64,000 nt of DNA from Octopus bimaculoides (GCF_001194135.2 NC_068988.1:28678586-28742585); one strand, 5' to 3'; shown: positions 38,591 through 50,693, counted from the first letter of the stretch. Numbers and translations are program-made. Notes: generated by a model not told the origin, from the letters alone.

Positions 38591-41529
38591 TATTACCGGC
38601 ATAATGCCTCTCCCAAGGTTTAATTGTATATATATATATATATGTATATGTATGCCACAGAATTTGGGAAACCGCCCTTACTCCCTCCTTGTCCTTCTCA
38701 CTCCCTCCTTGTCCCTCTCACTCCCTCTTTGTCCTTCACACTCCCTAACCCTAACCTTTGGCTCAAGAAGGATCTCTGATCCTTTTCAATATCCATCCAT
38801 CCATCCATCCATCCACACATACATACATTCATATATTAATATTTGCTTTTATGTTCAGTTCTAATAAAAACTATTTTACACTAATCTGACAGGTAACTCT
38901 ATACTTTTGTAGAGTACAAATATATTATTCTTGTTTAAGAATAATAGAGAAATGTATATATGTGTGTGTATGTGTGTGTGTGTGTGTGTTTGTGTTACTG
39001 TCTTCATGACATTGCACATGGTAGTTGTAAATGAGTGTCACTGCCATGCAAGCGGTGTCCTTTGTATTCCATCTCCTGCGGAAAAACATGTCTGGTGATG
39101 GGGGAAATATTACCTTTCTTAGACAAAGGTGAGGTTTGGTGACAAGAAGGGTGGCATCCAGCTGTAGAAAATCTACCTCAACAAATTCTCAATGAGCATT
39201 AAAACAATAGTGGTGGTGGTGATGATGATGATGATGATGATGAGGAGGAGGAGACTGGGATATAATAGCTTCATAGCTTTTTTTTGTATTCTCTGATCAC
39301 TGCTTTTGGTAATAACTTTGTTTTTGGCAAAATCACTTGACATGCACTTGAGACAGTCTGGAACACGAATAAGTTGTGTAAGATTATAATAATAACTCCA
39401 GGGTATCTTGTTAGAAGTGTTTCATTGACATAAATAACAGAGATTTATTGAACAAACTGGTATTTGGGTTCATTTGGTTTTGAGTTTGGTTGTGTTTCTT
39501 TTCACAAGTCACTTAAATCTTTTTTTTTCAATACTATCCCGCTCAAGGTGCTGTTATTGTGTTGATTTTAAATGAAATTAGATATCGACTGAAAAATTGT
39601 TAATACGAGTAGCACCATGTAAAAAGTACCTATGCTGGCACCATGTAAAAGGCATTCATGCTGGTGCCATGTGAAAAGCACTGGTGCTGATGCCACATAA
39701 AAAATACTTGGTACACCCTGTAATCATCATCATCATCATCATTATCATCATCATCATCATCGTTTAATGTTTGTTTTCCATGTTGGACAGTTTGACTGAA
39801 AACTGGGGAGGAAGGGGGTTGCACCAGGTTCCAATCTGATTTGGCAAGGTTTCTACAACTGGATGCCTTTCCTAATGCCATCCGCTCTGAGAGTGTAGTG
39901 GGTGTTTTTCACGTGCCATGACTATGGTTTTGCTTGGTTTGTCAGGTCAACACCAGTACACTATAGCGCCAAGGGTCTTGATCACCTGTCATTGCCTCAT
40001 GAGGTCCAATGCTCGAACGGTGTTTTTTATGTGCCACTGGCATACTGAATATCACCGTCCTGCTTTCCAATTTTCTTTTTTCCTTCTCTGGCAGGGTCAT
40101 TTTTATGTTTGACCCTTCTTTTTTTATCATGCCATATTTGGCTATTTTCACTTCATTCCACTCCATCCTCTTCGGCTTCAGCACACGTGGGTCTATGGTA
40201 TCTCGACCTCCAGTAGCTTCCGCGGAACTCTTCTTTTCTTCCATTTTTCACTTCCACCCAACGATGGTGGCTTTGCACAAAAATCTTGCTTCAAATTCTT
40301 CAAAAAACGAGTCTGGTATAGATGGCAGTAGTTCACTCCAGTTTGCAATATATAGAAAATCAAGCGACATTCAGTTGCTGATCTTGCAACAAGCAAAGCA
40401 GCTAGTTATAAAATCTCTGTAAGAGATGAATGTAGTGACTATACTGGCAAGTAATGTTTGTCACCACTTCAACCTGGCTGTTCTGTATGAATGGACATTA
40501 CTACGATTTTTTAACCCCAAGAGGACATTTCCTCTAGCTGGTTAATGATACTCTTGTAGAAATCCTATACATTTTGTAACAGATTAGATTTTGAAAATAA
40601 GGAAAATGAAAGCAATTAGCCATGTTTTGGTAGCTTCACTGAAAGAATAACAAACTTCTGACTCATTGTTTCAGAAGCAAATATGAATGAGGAAGCTTTT
40701 ATTTAATGGTCCAACATTAATAAACTTGAGCAATAATAATATGTCAAACAACTATAGTTCCCCTGTCTCCATATAGTGTTTATATAGGCAGCAATACCTG
40801 TTTGTGCTGAAATAAGTCAGACTAATTCAAAATGGCCACCATACAAATGATTTGAAAATATTTATCTTAGATTTATAGGACACGCAAATATTTCTGACAG
40901 GACACATATATATATATATATAATGAAATCTACTTATTTAAACTTGTTAACTGCCATCAGATACTGGTCACCCTATTGAACTGTTTTTAGCTGACTACTG
41001 TCCCTCTGGCTTGCTCTATTCCACTCAAACTTAACACATATTTCAAGATGAAAATTATTACTTCACTTACATTACTTTATGAGGTTATTGATGTAAAATT
41101 GCCAACAATTTTAGTATTTATTTTTTTCAAGAATAATTCTTTTGGAATAATATATAAATCTTAAATTCCATGTTTGATATTTTTTTCTGCATTTTAATTT
41201 CTTTCAACAGTTTTTGCCAATTTTCTCACTGTCATTTAAATTTTCATTAGAATTGTTATTTAAGGTTAAATATTACCATATTTACTCATGTATAAGTCAC
41301 ACGATTTCTTACTTGATTTTAACTGGAAAAACTGGGGTCAAGACTGGTACACATGGCAAAGCTAAAACTATGAACGAAAAAAAAAAATTGTTTCAAGATT
41401 TAACATAAAATTAGAGGTGTAATGTAAGCATGAATAAATATGGTATTCTATTGTGTTGTAAATGAATTTTATGTACATGCATTTATATCTAAATATTGAT
41501 ATTAATTTTGATAAACCTGTTTCTTGTAG

Positions 41530-41764
41530 GAGCATCATTTAAAAGCTCACCAATTTACTCATACTGGCCTACAACCATTTATATGTCCAATTTGTCGCCG
41601 AGCATTTAATCAGAAGGCCAATATGCAACGGCATTTACTTATCCATAATGCCGAGAGAGCTTTCCGCTGTTTTACATGTTCCAAAACGTTCACACAACCA
41701 CAAACCCTCAAAGCCCACATGGTTGTCCATGCTGATTCAAAACCTTACCGTTGCAATCTCTGCT
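41530..41764 (+). CDS. ZNF366: ZNF366/710-like coding exon 2 (end of finger 7, fingers 8-9, start of finger 10)
   Basis: TTTCTTGTAG|GAG..; reads EHHLKAHQFTHTGLQPFICPICRRAFNQKANMQRHLLIHNAERAFRCFTCSKTFTQPQTLKAHMVVHADSKPYRCNLC; donor TGCT|GTAAGT; phase 0 to 1, 235 nt. Confidence 0.93.
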
Positions 41765-41867
41765 GTAAGTATTTTTATGTTTTATGTTCTGTTTAGTATA
41801 CTACAAACTAGAAACATTCTATTTCTCACTGCAGCAAATGTACGTAACATAACTAGAGCAGTTAGAT

Positions 41868-42124
41868 CAGAGGTTCTCATCGAGGATCCTTATAACCCTT
41901 GAGGGTCCATGTAAGATTTAGTTGTTAAAATTTACCTGTAATAAATTACTATATTTCTGCAATACACAAAATATTTTAACAATTTTTTAAATACAATTTC
42001 TAGTAATATTTAATTATAAAAATATAATGGGACTTTTTAAAAGCTTCAAATGGCTAGGGGGAGGTCAGTCTGAGTAAAATGGAAATCAAAAGGGCCACAG
42101 GCAAATAATGGTTGAGAACCAATG
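41868..42124. mobile_element. hAT-like MITE family E with 8-bp TSD
   Basis: CAGAGGTTCTCA..TGAGAACCAATG ends; flanks AGTTAGAT (41860-41867) and ATTTAGAT (42125-42132) match at 7 of 8 positions. Confidence 0.8.
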
Positions 42125-42697
42125 ATTTAGATTAATACATAGAAGAAACTTGCTGAGTTTGATGTTGGAGAATTCAATTAAGATCTGAATGTAAAGATTT
42201 ATGGGATGTGTGAGTGTTTCTTTTTCATTTTGCAATTGTTTTCTTAAAGTAACTTTGGGTGGAGTAGCTTTGATAAATGTTGTGTTTGCCTAATGTGTTG
42301 TCATATTTATTTCCAGAGTTAAATATCTTTTCTCATGTCAGGCATTCAACATTCAACTGTGAATGGTATTTATTGTTTGAGTACAGAGCAAACATTTGTT
42401 TTGTTGTAGTGATACAAATTTTTATTATTAGCTATGTCATGTGGCCGATTACAATTGTCATGTGATCCATTGTAATTAACAAGGCCAGGAGTTTGATGTG
42501 GAAAGGTTGGTTATGTAATCGAAAAAGTCCTTCAGGTGTAAAAGACTTTGTATGACTCTAGCTTTACTGACACGAAGACCATACCGTATTGCGATAAAGG
42601 AATTGAACAAAAACTAAGTGTACTTATTGCACTTCCATCATTTTATCTGGCTCTCATGATAGAATCAATATTATATCAATATTCATATTATGCTGGG

Positions 42698-42875
42698 AAA
42701 AATGCTTAGTGGCATTTCATGTCTTTATGTTCTGAATTCAAATTCCACTGAGGTTGACTTTGTCTTTCGTTCTTTCAGAGTCAATAAAATAAGTACCAGT
42801 TGAGCACTGGAGTCAGCATAATTGACTCATCCCCTCTCCTGAAATTGCTGCCGTTGTGCCAAAATTTGAAATCAG
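42698..42875 (+). mobile_element. SINE family C
   Basis: AAATGCTTAGTGGCATTTC..TTCAAATTCC..AATAAAATAAGTACCAGTTGAGCACTGG..GTGCCAAAATTTGAAA; related copies at 16790-16926, 37285-37478, 45420-45630(-), 57855-58075(-) and 61075-61200. Confidence 0.85.
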
Positions 42876-43970
42876 TTTTATATCAATATTTTTTTTTTCA
42901 AATGACAAAATTACAGAATGTTGTCTTCTCGTTATTTTGAATAATTTGAAACAAATGAACCATTAAAAAAGGGAGAAAGTGCTAGTGCTGTGTTAACACA
43001 CCTGTGCCAGTACTGTGTAAACACACCTGTGCTGGTGGCACATAAAAAAGCACCCAGCACACTCTGTTAAGTGATTGGTGTTAGGAAGGGCATCCAGCCA
43101 TAGAGACCAGGTCACAACAGACAATTGGAGTCTGGACATCTCCCTGCTAGCCAGCTCCATGTCAAACCGTCCAACCCAGCATGGAAAGTAGATGTTAAAT
43201 CCTTTTCTCTCTCTCTCTCTCCTTTTCTTTCTCTTTCTCTCTCCTTTTCTCTCTCCCCCTCCCTCCTCTCCTGCAGCCTACCTCTCTCTCTCTCTCTTGT
43301 GCTCTTCCCCGTCAACTGTGTCATCATTACTCTCTTCTTCCATCCCTCCACCTTCCTCATCTCATGCACCATTAGCCATCCACCCCCACCCATATCCATT
43401 TTCTCCATCCACCCTTCAACCCTGCCCAATCTATACAGCTCTTACCAATTTCTCCTTCTCCCATTTCCTCTGTCTCTTTCCCCTATTACTGTCATACACT
43501 CTTGCAGACCCCCAACTCTTGCACACTCACAGCTTCTCTGTCCCCACTTCTACTCACTTTGTACCTTGAGGTACCACCTGGATGCTACTATTTATCTATA
43601 TGCAGCTTTTACTGATTTATTTTCACTCTCTCTCCTAAATGGGGGTAATCACATAGGTCCCCCTTTAACAGGAACCTGCTTTGCCCCACTCTCTTCACTC
43701 ATAATTTAACTCACGTCTCCTAGCCTAAAGAGATGCCCCCTTTCTCCTTGGATCTTGTGGATTTGGATTTGCTGGCTGCATGGTGACCTTGCTAGTGCTA
43801 GTGGCACAAAAAAGGCACCCAGTAAAATGGTTGGCATTAGGAAAGACATCCAGTCTGTAGAAATCCTGCCAAAGCAGATGCTAGAGTCTGATGCAGTCCT
43901 TGGACCCAGCAGATCCTGCCATGCCAGCTCGGAACGTGGACATTAGATGATGATGATAATCAGACACACA

Positions 43971-44011
<41 letters not shown>

Positions 44012-44014
<3 letters not shown>

Positions 44015-44281
44015 TCTTTTACTCTTTTACTTGTTTCAGTCTTTTGACTGTGGCCATGCTGGAGCACTGCCTTTAGTTGAGCAAATCGACCCCAGGACTT
44101 ATTCTTTAGAAGCCTAGTACTTATTCTATCAGTCTCTTTTGCCGAACCGCTAAGTTACGGGGACATAAACACACCAGCATCAGTTGTCAAGTGATGTTGG
44201 GGGGACAAACAGAGACACACAAACACATACATACATATATACATATATACGACAGGCTTCTTTCAGTTTCCGTCTACCAAA
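44012..44281 (-). mobile_element. SINE family A 3' half, cut by gap
   Basis: TACTCTTTTACTCTTTTACTTGTTTCAGTC..TTTCAGTTTCCGTCTACCAA. Confidence 0.85.
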
Positions 44282-45634
44282 NNNNNNNNNNNNNNNNNNN
44301 NNNNNNNNNNNNNNNNNNNNNNNNNNNNNNNNNNNNNNNNNNNNNNNNNNNNNNNNNNNNNNNNNNNNNNNNNNNNNNNNNNNNNNNNNNNNNNNNNNNN
44401 NNNNNNNNNNNNNNNNNNNNNNNNNNNNNNNNNNNNNNNNNNNNNNNNNNNNNNNNNNNNNNNNNNNNNNNNNNNNNNNNNNNNNNNNNNNNNNNNNNNN
44501 NNNNNNNNNNNNNNNNNNNNNNNNNNNNNNNNNNNNNNNNNNNNNNNNNNNNNNNNNNNNNNNNNNNNNNNNNNNNNNNNNNNNNNNNNNNNNNNNNNNN
44601 NNNNNCACACAACAAAAGAATAAATATATAGGTGTCACATTTATTTATCAGTAATGCTTGTTTCAATAACTGGCGCTGGGGGGGGGGATTGTTATGTCGA
44701 TGAAAATGTTGTATCATAATAACACAAAGATTATTTAAATTCATGCAGTATTACCAGAAAACTCCTGCCAGTGATGTCATCACAGCCGTTAAGACTGTAA
44801 TATCCTTGTATATAGGTTGATGTGGTCATGAATACAATCGGTGGAAAGGTTTTGAATGTCATAGCGAGACAACAGTTCAATTGACATACCGACAGAGGGT
44901 CCCAAAATAATGGAATTCACGAGACAGACCGTCACATACATATCTTAATTATGACAACAGTGAAAAGCACTGTGGTTACAATACTACTGATGACAAGGTC
45001 AAGCATGTACCAAACTCTAGTGGAATTGTTATTAGGCCAATAGCAAAATAACAATTCTCCAATGAAGTTGAATAAGGCTTCCAGAGATAAGTGACCTTGT
45101 TTAGCTGGGACAATACTCAAATGAATTTGGTACTGCACTGTGATAAAAAAAAATTGGGAAAATGTATACTAGGCATATTATACTGAAGTAGATAATATGT
45201 TCTGAATAGCAGCAATAATATGTAGCACTTACAATGTAATTTGAACATGGCTTAATGGGTTTACAGTGTATTAAACTTAAACTACATGACCTCTCAGAAT
45301 TACATATCTGTTTCTCTACAAGTAGATAAAGAATAAGCACTCCTCAATCGGTGATGATGCACATCTTCATGCTCGTTATCACAATGATGATGATGATGAT
45401 GATGGTGATAATAATAATAATCCTTTCTACTATAGGCACAAGGCTTGGAATTTTGGAGGAGAGATTACATTGACCTCAGTATGCATTTTGGTACTTATTT
45501 TATTGACCTCGAAAGGACGAAAGGCAAAAATCAACCTTGGCAGAGTTTGAACTGAGCATATAAAGATGGACGAAATACCATTATGTATTTTGTCTGGCAT
45601 GCTAATGATTCTACTAGCTCATTACCTTTAGAAC

Positions 45635-45668
<34 letters not shown>

Positions 45669-45726
45669 TGGGTTCAATACCACCCAATCAACAACCTTAT
45701 GGTATTGTATACTGTGTGATGTCTAC

Positions 45727-45757
<31 letters not shown>

Positions 45758-45838
45758 TANNNNNNNNNNTAATAATAATATGGGTTCAATACCACCCAAT
45801 CAACAACCTTATGGTATTGTATACTGTGTGATGTCTAC

Positions 45839-45869
<31 letters not shown>

Positions 45870-46112
45870 TAATAATAATAATAATGATAATAATTTAATG
45901 TTTGTTTTCCATGCTAGCATGAGTTTGATGGTTTGACAGGTGCTAGTGAGCCAGGGACTGGATTATGCTCCAGTGTCTGTTTTGGCATAGTTTCTGTGGT
46001 TGGATGCCCTTTCTAATGCTGATCACCTTACTGAGTGTACTGGATGCTTTTGAGATGGCACTGTCACTAGTAAGGTCACCAAATAACTTGCAAGAAAAGC
46101 TCCTTCAACTGA

Positions 46113-46146
<34 letters not shown>

Positions 46147-46492
46147 TATTGAAGGAAGTGGCTTTATGCCAGGTGATGATAGATTAGAGGGATAAGAAAC
46201 AGGGGTCTTGCTGCAGGGAAGATAAATGGCTACCTCAGTTGGCAAAAGAGAGAAGATGGTAACGAAGAAGGTATCAGTGTGTATTCTGAAATTACAGGGA
46301 GGTGAATATAACAGAAGTGGTATGGTTGGGTAAATAAGTTCATCAGAGCGTGAGATATGAGTGGTAGATATACAGAGACAGGGATAGAGGGAAATGCAAT
46401 TATAATAATTTTGGTTGACTTAGCTGTTTATGTCCAGGACAGTTCTATCTTAATCCTTCATGTTCTTACTTTCTGTTGTATATCTATTTCAG

Positions 46493-46594
46493 CTAAAGAG
46501 TTTGGTCGACTCCATAACCTTCAGGGTCACATGCACATGCATAATAACTCCAAGCCGTTCGTATGTTTCTGTGGGAGTTCCTTTACACTCAAAG
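46493..46594 (+). CDS. ZNF366: ZNF366/710-like coding exon 3 (end of finger 10, start of finger 11)
   Basis: TATCTATTTCAG|CT..; reads (S)KEFGRLHNLQGHMHMHNNSKPFVCFCGSSFTLK(G); donor AAAG|GTACGT; 102 nt, phase 1 to 1. Confidence 0.92.
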
Positions 46595-46921
46595 GTACGT
46601 CTTTTATTCTTTGAGTTTTTTTTTCTAAATTTTGTAAACGTTTGTTAATATTTTGTAATTACTCTAAAAAAAAAAATTTCAATGTAATCACTGCTGTATA
46701 GATTTGGACGTCTCTAAATGTCTCAGAAGCTATTCATACATTTCTGTACAACAGGAATAAAAGTTTTGCTAGATAAAACTGAAGGAAAATTCTTGTAATT
46801 TTTCGTCACATATTTCAAATATTTAAAGTATAGATTCTTAAAAAAAAAAAAAGATAAGACTACTAAGTCATGAGCAGTTTTTAAGGATCAGTGCTGAGCA
46901 CTGGTTGGTTTTATGGCATAA

Positions 46922-47042
46922 ATTTTCCTGCTGGTCAGTTCCAGATAATATTCATGTAAGTTCTGGTATCACTAATTCAGTTAGCTCGCTGAAGATACCA
47001 GAACTTACATGAATATTATCTGGGACAGACCAGCAGGAAAAT
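46922..47042. repeat. 49-bp-arm inverted repeat (47/49 matched) with 23-nt loop
   Basis: ATTTTCCTGCTGGTCAGTTCCAGATAATATTCATGTAAGTTCTGGTATC / GATACCAGAACTTACATGAATATTATCTGGGACAGACCAGCAGGAAAAT. Confidence 0.95.
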
Positions 47043-47909
47043 GATACATTATTATGCAGTATTCTGTCAAGAAGTGACATTCTAGCAGTGGATTTGAACT
47101 CATGACCTGTGATTAGGTAGTTCAGTACCTTATCAATTTAACCACTTTGTCTCTACCAAACAACTACTGATAGAAGATAGTTTGTATCCAGGAAAATTTA
47201 CTAGAATTTTGATTAAGTTTTGAAGAGAGAGTAAGATTGGTGTTACCTGAATAATGATCTTTGCAAGGAAGAACCGCATGTGATGATTAATGCAGAGTTT
47301 AGGGACAAGAAAAGGACAGAGAATATGGGTTTAAGTAGAGATGTGGTTCTGGTTGCAAGCTTTGAAGAGTTGAGACCATTCCACTAAGAAATAATGAGGT
47401 ATAGATGATAGCTCTATAACAGACCTTGTTTTTGCATTTTTACAGTTTTCATTATCTTTGTGAAAATTTATCAGTTAATAGATAGCAAATTTCTAAACGT
47501 CTGTTAGCAAGGGAGGTAACTTAAGTTTATTGATCTAAGGGAGATAAGTTTATCACACTTGCAGTTGCCGAAGTAGATTAGTCACTTATACTGTGGAGAA
47601 AATCTTATGAGCTAATCCTGTTCTGGGGGAATTTAGGACGTTGTCACATCCATCATCATTATATATGTCACCACTTGCTACATATCATCAGTTGCAATTT
47701 ATATAATCTCTATAGCAAGAAACGTCTTTTGCTAAATAAATCAACAGTTATTTTGTTTTTGTATTTGGTTTGTAAGATTTGTGATGCAAACTTGTATTGA
47801 AACAAACTGACTGATTGATTGACTGAACAATTAATCAAACAATCAATTAGTTAATTGGTAAAATGGTTACCCAACTGACTAATAATAATAATAATAATAA
47901 TAATGATAA

Positions 47910-48165
47910 CGATTTCAAATTTTGGCACAAGGCCAGCAAGTTTAGAGCAGGAAATAAGTCAATTACACCAACCATAGTGCCCAACTGGTACTTATTTTAT
48001 CAAGCCATTAAAGGTTGAAAGGCAAAGTTAACCTTGGCAGAATTTGAGCTCAGAATGTAAAGATGGACGAAGTACCACTAAGCGAAGTACCACTAAGCAA
48101 TAACAGCAACAACTGTGCCGATAGCAAGAGCTTTCAAGAGGAAGAGAGAGCGAGATTCTGCCAGA
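47910..48165 (-). mobile_element. SINE family C carrying a 59-nt insertion copied from the last ZNF exon
   Basis: Family C sequence to ..CCACTAAG, 15-nt tandem duplication, insert 48097-48155, then resumes GATTCTGCCAG. Confidence 0.85.
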
Positions 48166-48729
48166 AATAGAACTAGTGCCTGCATTTATTACTGACGTAA
48201 TGATCCTCCATAGATCTCAGCTGCTAGTTTTGTTGAAGCAGTGTAAAATGATGGTAGGAGCCTGGTGTTCCATTTTAAACTTTCGTGACTCTAATTCTCT
48301 GAAGATCTGAATTAATTTCTTTATCGATCCACCAAAACCTCTGTTTCTCCTGAATATACACTGTTGAAATTGGGATGTATCTAACATATTTTCTTTCATA
48401 CCATCAAATTTGGAATTTAACTGTAATCTTATAGATTATTCATTGATTCTTGGTTGTGGTTTGATCAAGCAGAGATAATCAAAATCATTTCAGCTATGAT
48501 CATTCCACCATTTTTTCTGTTTTGTTTTTTAATGAATGTAGAACTAAATTATGGAATATATCATTCACTTTTTTTAAGACATTAACCCATATATGAACAT
48601 AAAAAAATTCACTGTAGTTAGATTAAATATTATGGTAAGCTTTCACAATCTGAAAAAGAAGGACAATATGCAACTGTTAGCTATGGGTGTCGACTACGTA
48701 CTGAACATTTCATATGCTCAGTCAGATGC

Positions 48730-48930
48730 TTCCTGGCGAGTTCATATTCAAACAAGTAGAAGCAGGTTTTGCATTGCAAAAACACAACCAGGGGTATATA
48801 TGGGTTAACATGATGCTTGAAGGAGATTTAACTACTATTTATTGCAGATCAAAGCTTCCTTGTTGGCTTGATTATTTATTGGTTGAAGGAGTAGTTGCAA
48901 GCCACATTATGCTTTCAAGATTGATAAGAT
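48730..48930 (-). pseudogene. Possible Tc1/mariner transposase C-terminal remnant
   Basis: Minus-strand DLINLESIMWLATTPSTNK loosely resembles the PDLNPLD..VW......TNK motif; weak, by-eye match. Confidence 0.3.
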
Positions 48931-49434
48931 CAGCATTTCTATTTTTAAAATATAATACTCTTGATTGGACTATATCAGGTGGAGAAGAGCCATGCAAGGA
49001 ACGTGAAGAGAGCACAGCATAAAGACGGAAAGTCACGTTGGTGCTCCAGCATGACTACAGCCATTTGGCTGAAATCCATAAATAAATAAATAGATAAATA
49101 TATTCATGGGTAAATCAGAAGAGGAATAAAGAGAGTCCTGATCTTTTATGTATGGGGTTAGCTTGAAGCTAACCCTTTGTTACTAAGATTAATTTTAGAA
49201 TATAATGTGTATCCATAGGTAAGAAAAGTATGAACAGAACCCTAATCTCTATGTGTTGGAAAAGAATGAAGTGAGCTCTGGTGTTTGTGATGTGAGCTCT
49301 GGTGTTTTGTGATGTGAGCTTGAAGCTAGAACTTTGATTCTAAGATTAATTTCAGTATTTTAATGCTCCTCAGCACCTGAATGTTATTTGTATAATTGAT
49401 TTTGTATTTTCTTTTTCTCTTATATTTTCTTCAG

Positions 49435-50693
49435 GAAATCTCAATAGACACAAGAAAGTGAAACATGGTCTTAATGAAACTACGGAAAGTATGGAGGAAG
49501 ATGCTGTGAATTTTCTCACAGAGCGATGCCGTGACTCTGAAGGTGACAAAGATTCCAGTGTTGAAAAACTAGGCGACAAAGAAGGAACGTCTGGCGGTCG
49601 GAAACAACGGAAAAATACGAAAAGCAGTCAGAAGAAGCGAACAAAGACTGCTTCCAAAAGCAGGGCACAAAAAAGTGTCTGTGCCATTGCCACAAATTGT
49701 GGTGTTGTAGATAATAGTGATGTTGCAGGAAATGAACTGAAGGATGATGTTTCCACTGTTGCTTTGGTAACTGTTGATGACTTAGTACCTACTGTAGCCA
49801 GTATTTCTACTGCTAACTGCAGTAGCAGCAATAGCAGCAACAGCAACAACAACAGCAGCAACAACAACATCATCACTGACAACAATAGCAATGGCAACAT
49901 TACCTGTGGTGTGAATATTGTCAGTAACAGTAATATCAACAGTAGTAGTAGTAGCAGCAGCAGCAGCAGCAATAACAGCAACAACTGTGCCGATAGCAAG
50001 AGCTTTCAAGAGGAAGAGAGAGCGAGAAGAGAAGCAGAAGAAGAGGAAGAGGCTGATGACGAAGAAGAGGAAGAGGATGAAGATTGTGTGGCTGATGAGG
50101 ATGTTGATGGAGACGATGAGGCTGAGGATGAAGTGGAAGACACGGCTGCTGAGGTGGAAGTGGCGAGAGAGCAGCAGTTGATAGGTGTAGCCGAAGAGGT
50201 CGATAATGATGAAGAGGAGGAAGAGGAGGAGGAGGAGGAGGAAGAGGAGCTGGAGGAAAATGATGATGATGATGAAGAAGGAGGCAGGACTGGACAACCG
50301 GCCACGCGTGGGGCCAGCTTACGGGAAAATACGCAGATGGTAAGTGAGACGAAAGAATGCAAAGCCAATAGTATTGTGACTAAGTACTTCCGCAACAATT
50401 CCGACCGGCGCTTGGAGGGCAGCAGCAGCAACAGCAGCAGACGCCATGACGATCTCAGAAGCAAAGTGTCCCTCATGCAGGACACCTACCTGTTCACATC
50501 GACAGACAGCGATAGTGATAGTAGTAGTAACAGCAGCAATAACACAGGCTTCTCAGAGAGTGAAAAGGACGACGGTGCAAAGGATGACCAGACAGATGCA
50601 GATTGGCTGCCTTCCCGCAACAAGAGACGCCGTCGTTGCACCAACAGGGGAACAAGTGCATCGGCAGCACAAAAGAAGTTTAAAGAAGGTTGA
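49435..50693 (+). CDS. ZNF366: ZNF366/710-like terminal coding exon (end of finger 11, S/N-rich and E/D-rich acidic tail, basic NLS-like patch)
   Basis: Long pyrimidine tract ending TTTTCTTCAG at 49434; G|GA AAT CTC AAT AGA CAC.. reads GNLNRHKKVKH, in frame with the 49458 ORF; acidic stretch ~50005-50280; RNKRRRR; stop TGA 50691-50693. Confidence 0.88.

Noticed and set aside
49269-49320. Short direct repeats (also 3301-3343, 38679-38740, 55077-55112, 59013-59054) as CRISPR-like arrays
   Set aside because: Two or three adjacent slippage units with no unique spacers; eukaryotic context, no cas genes.
50684-50693. GAAG|GTTGAT as a donor extending the CDS
   Set aside because: Weak donor; no convincing downstream partner exon found.
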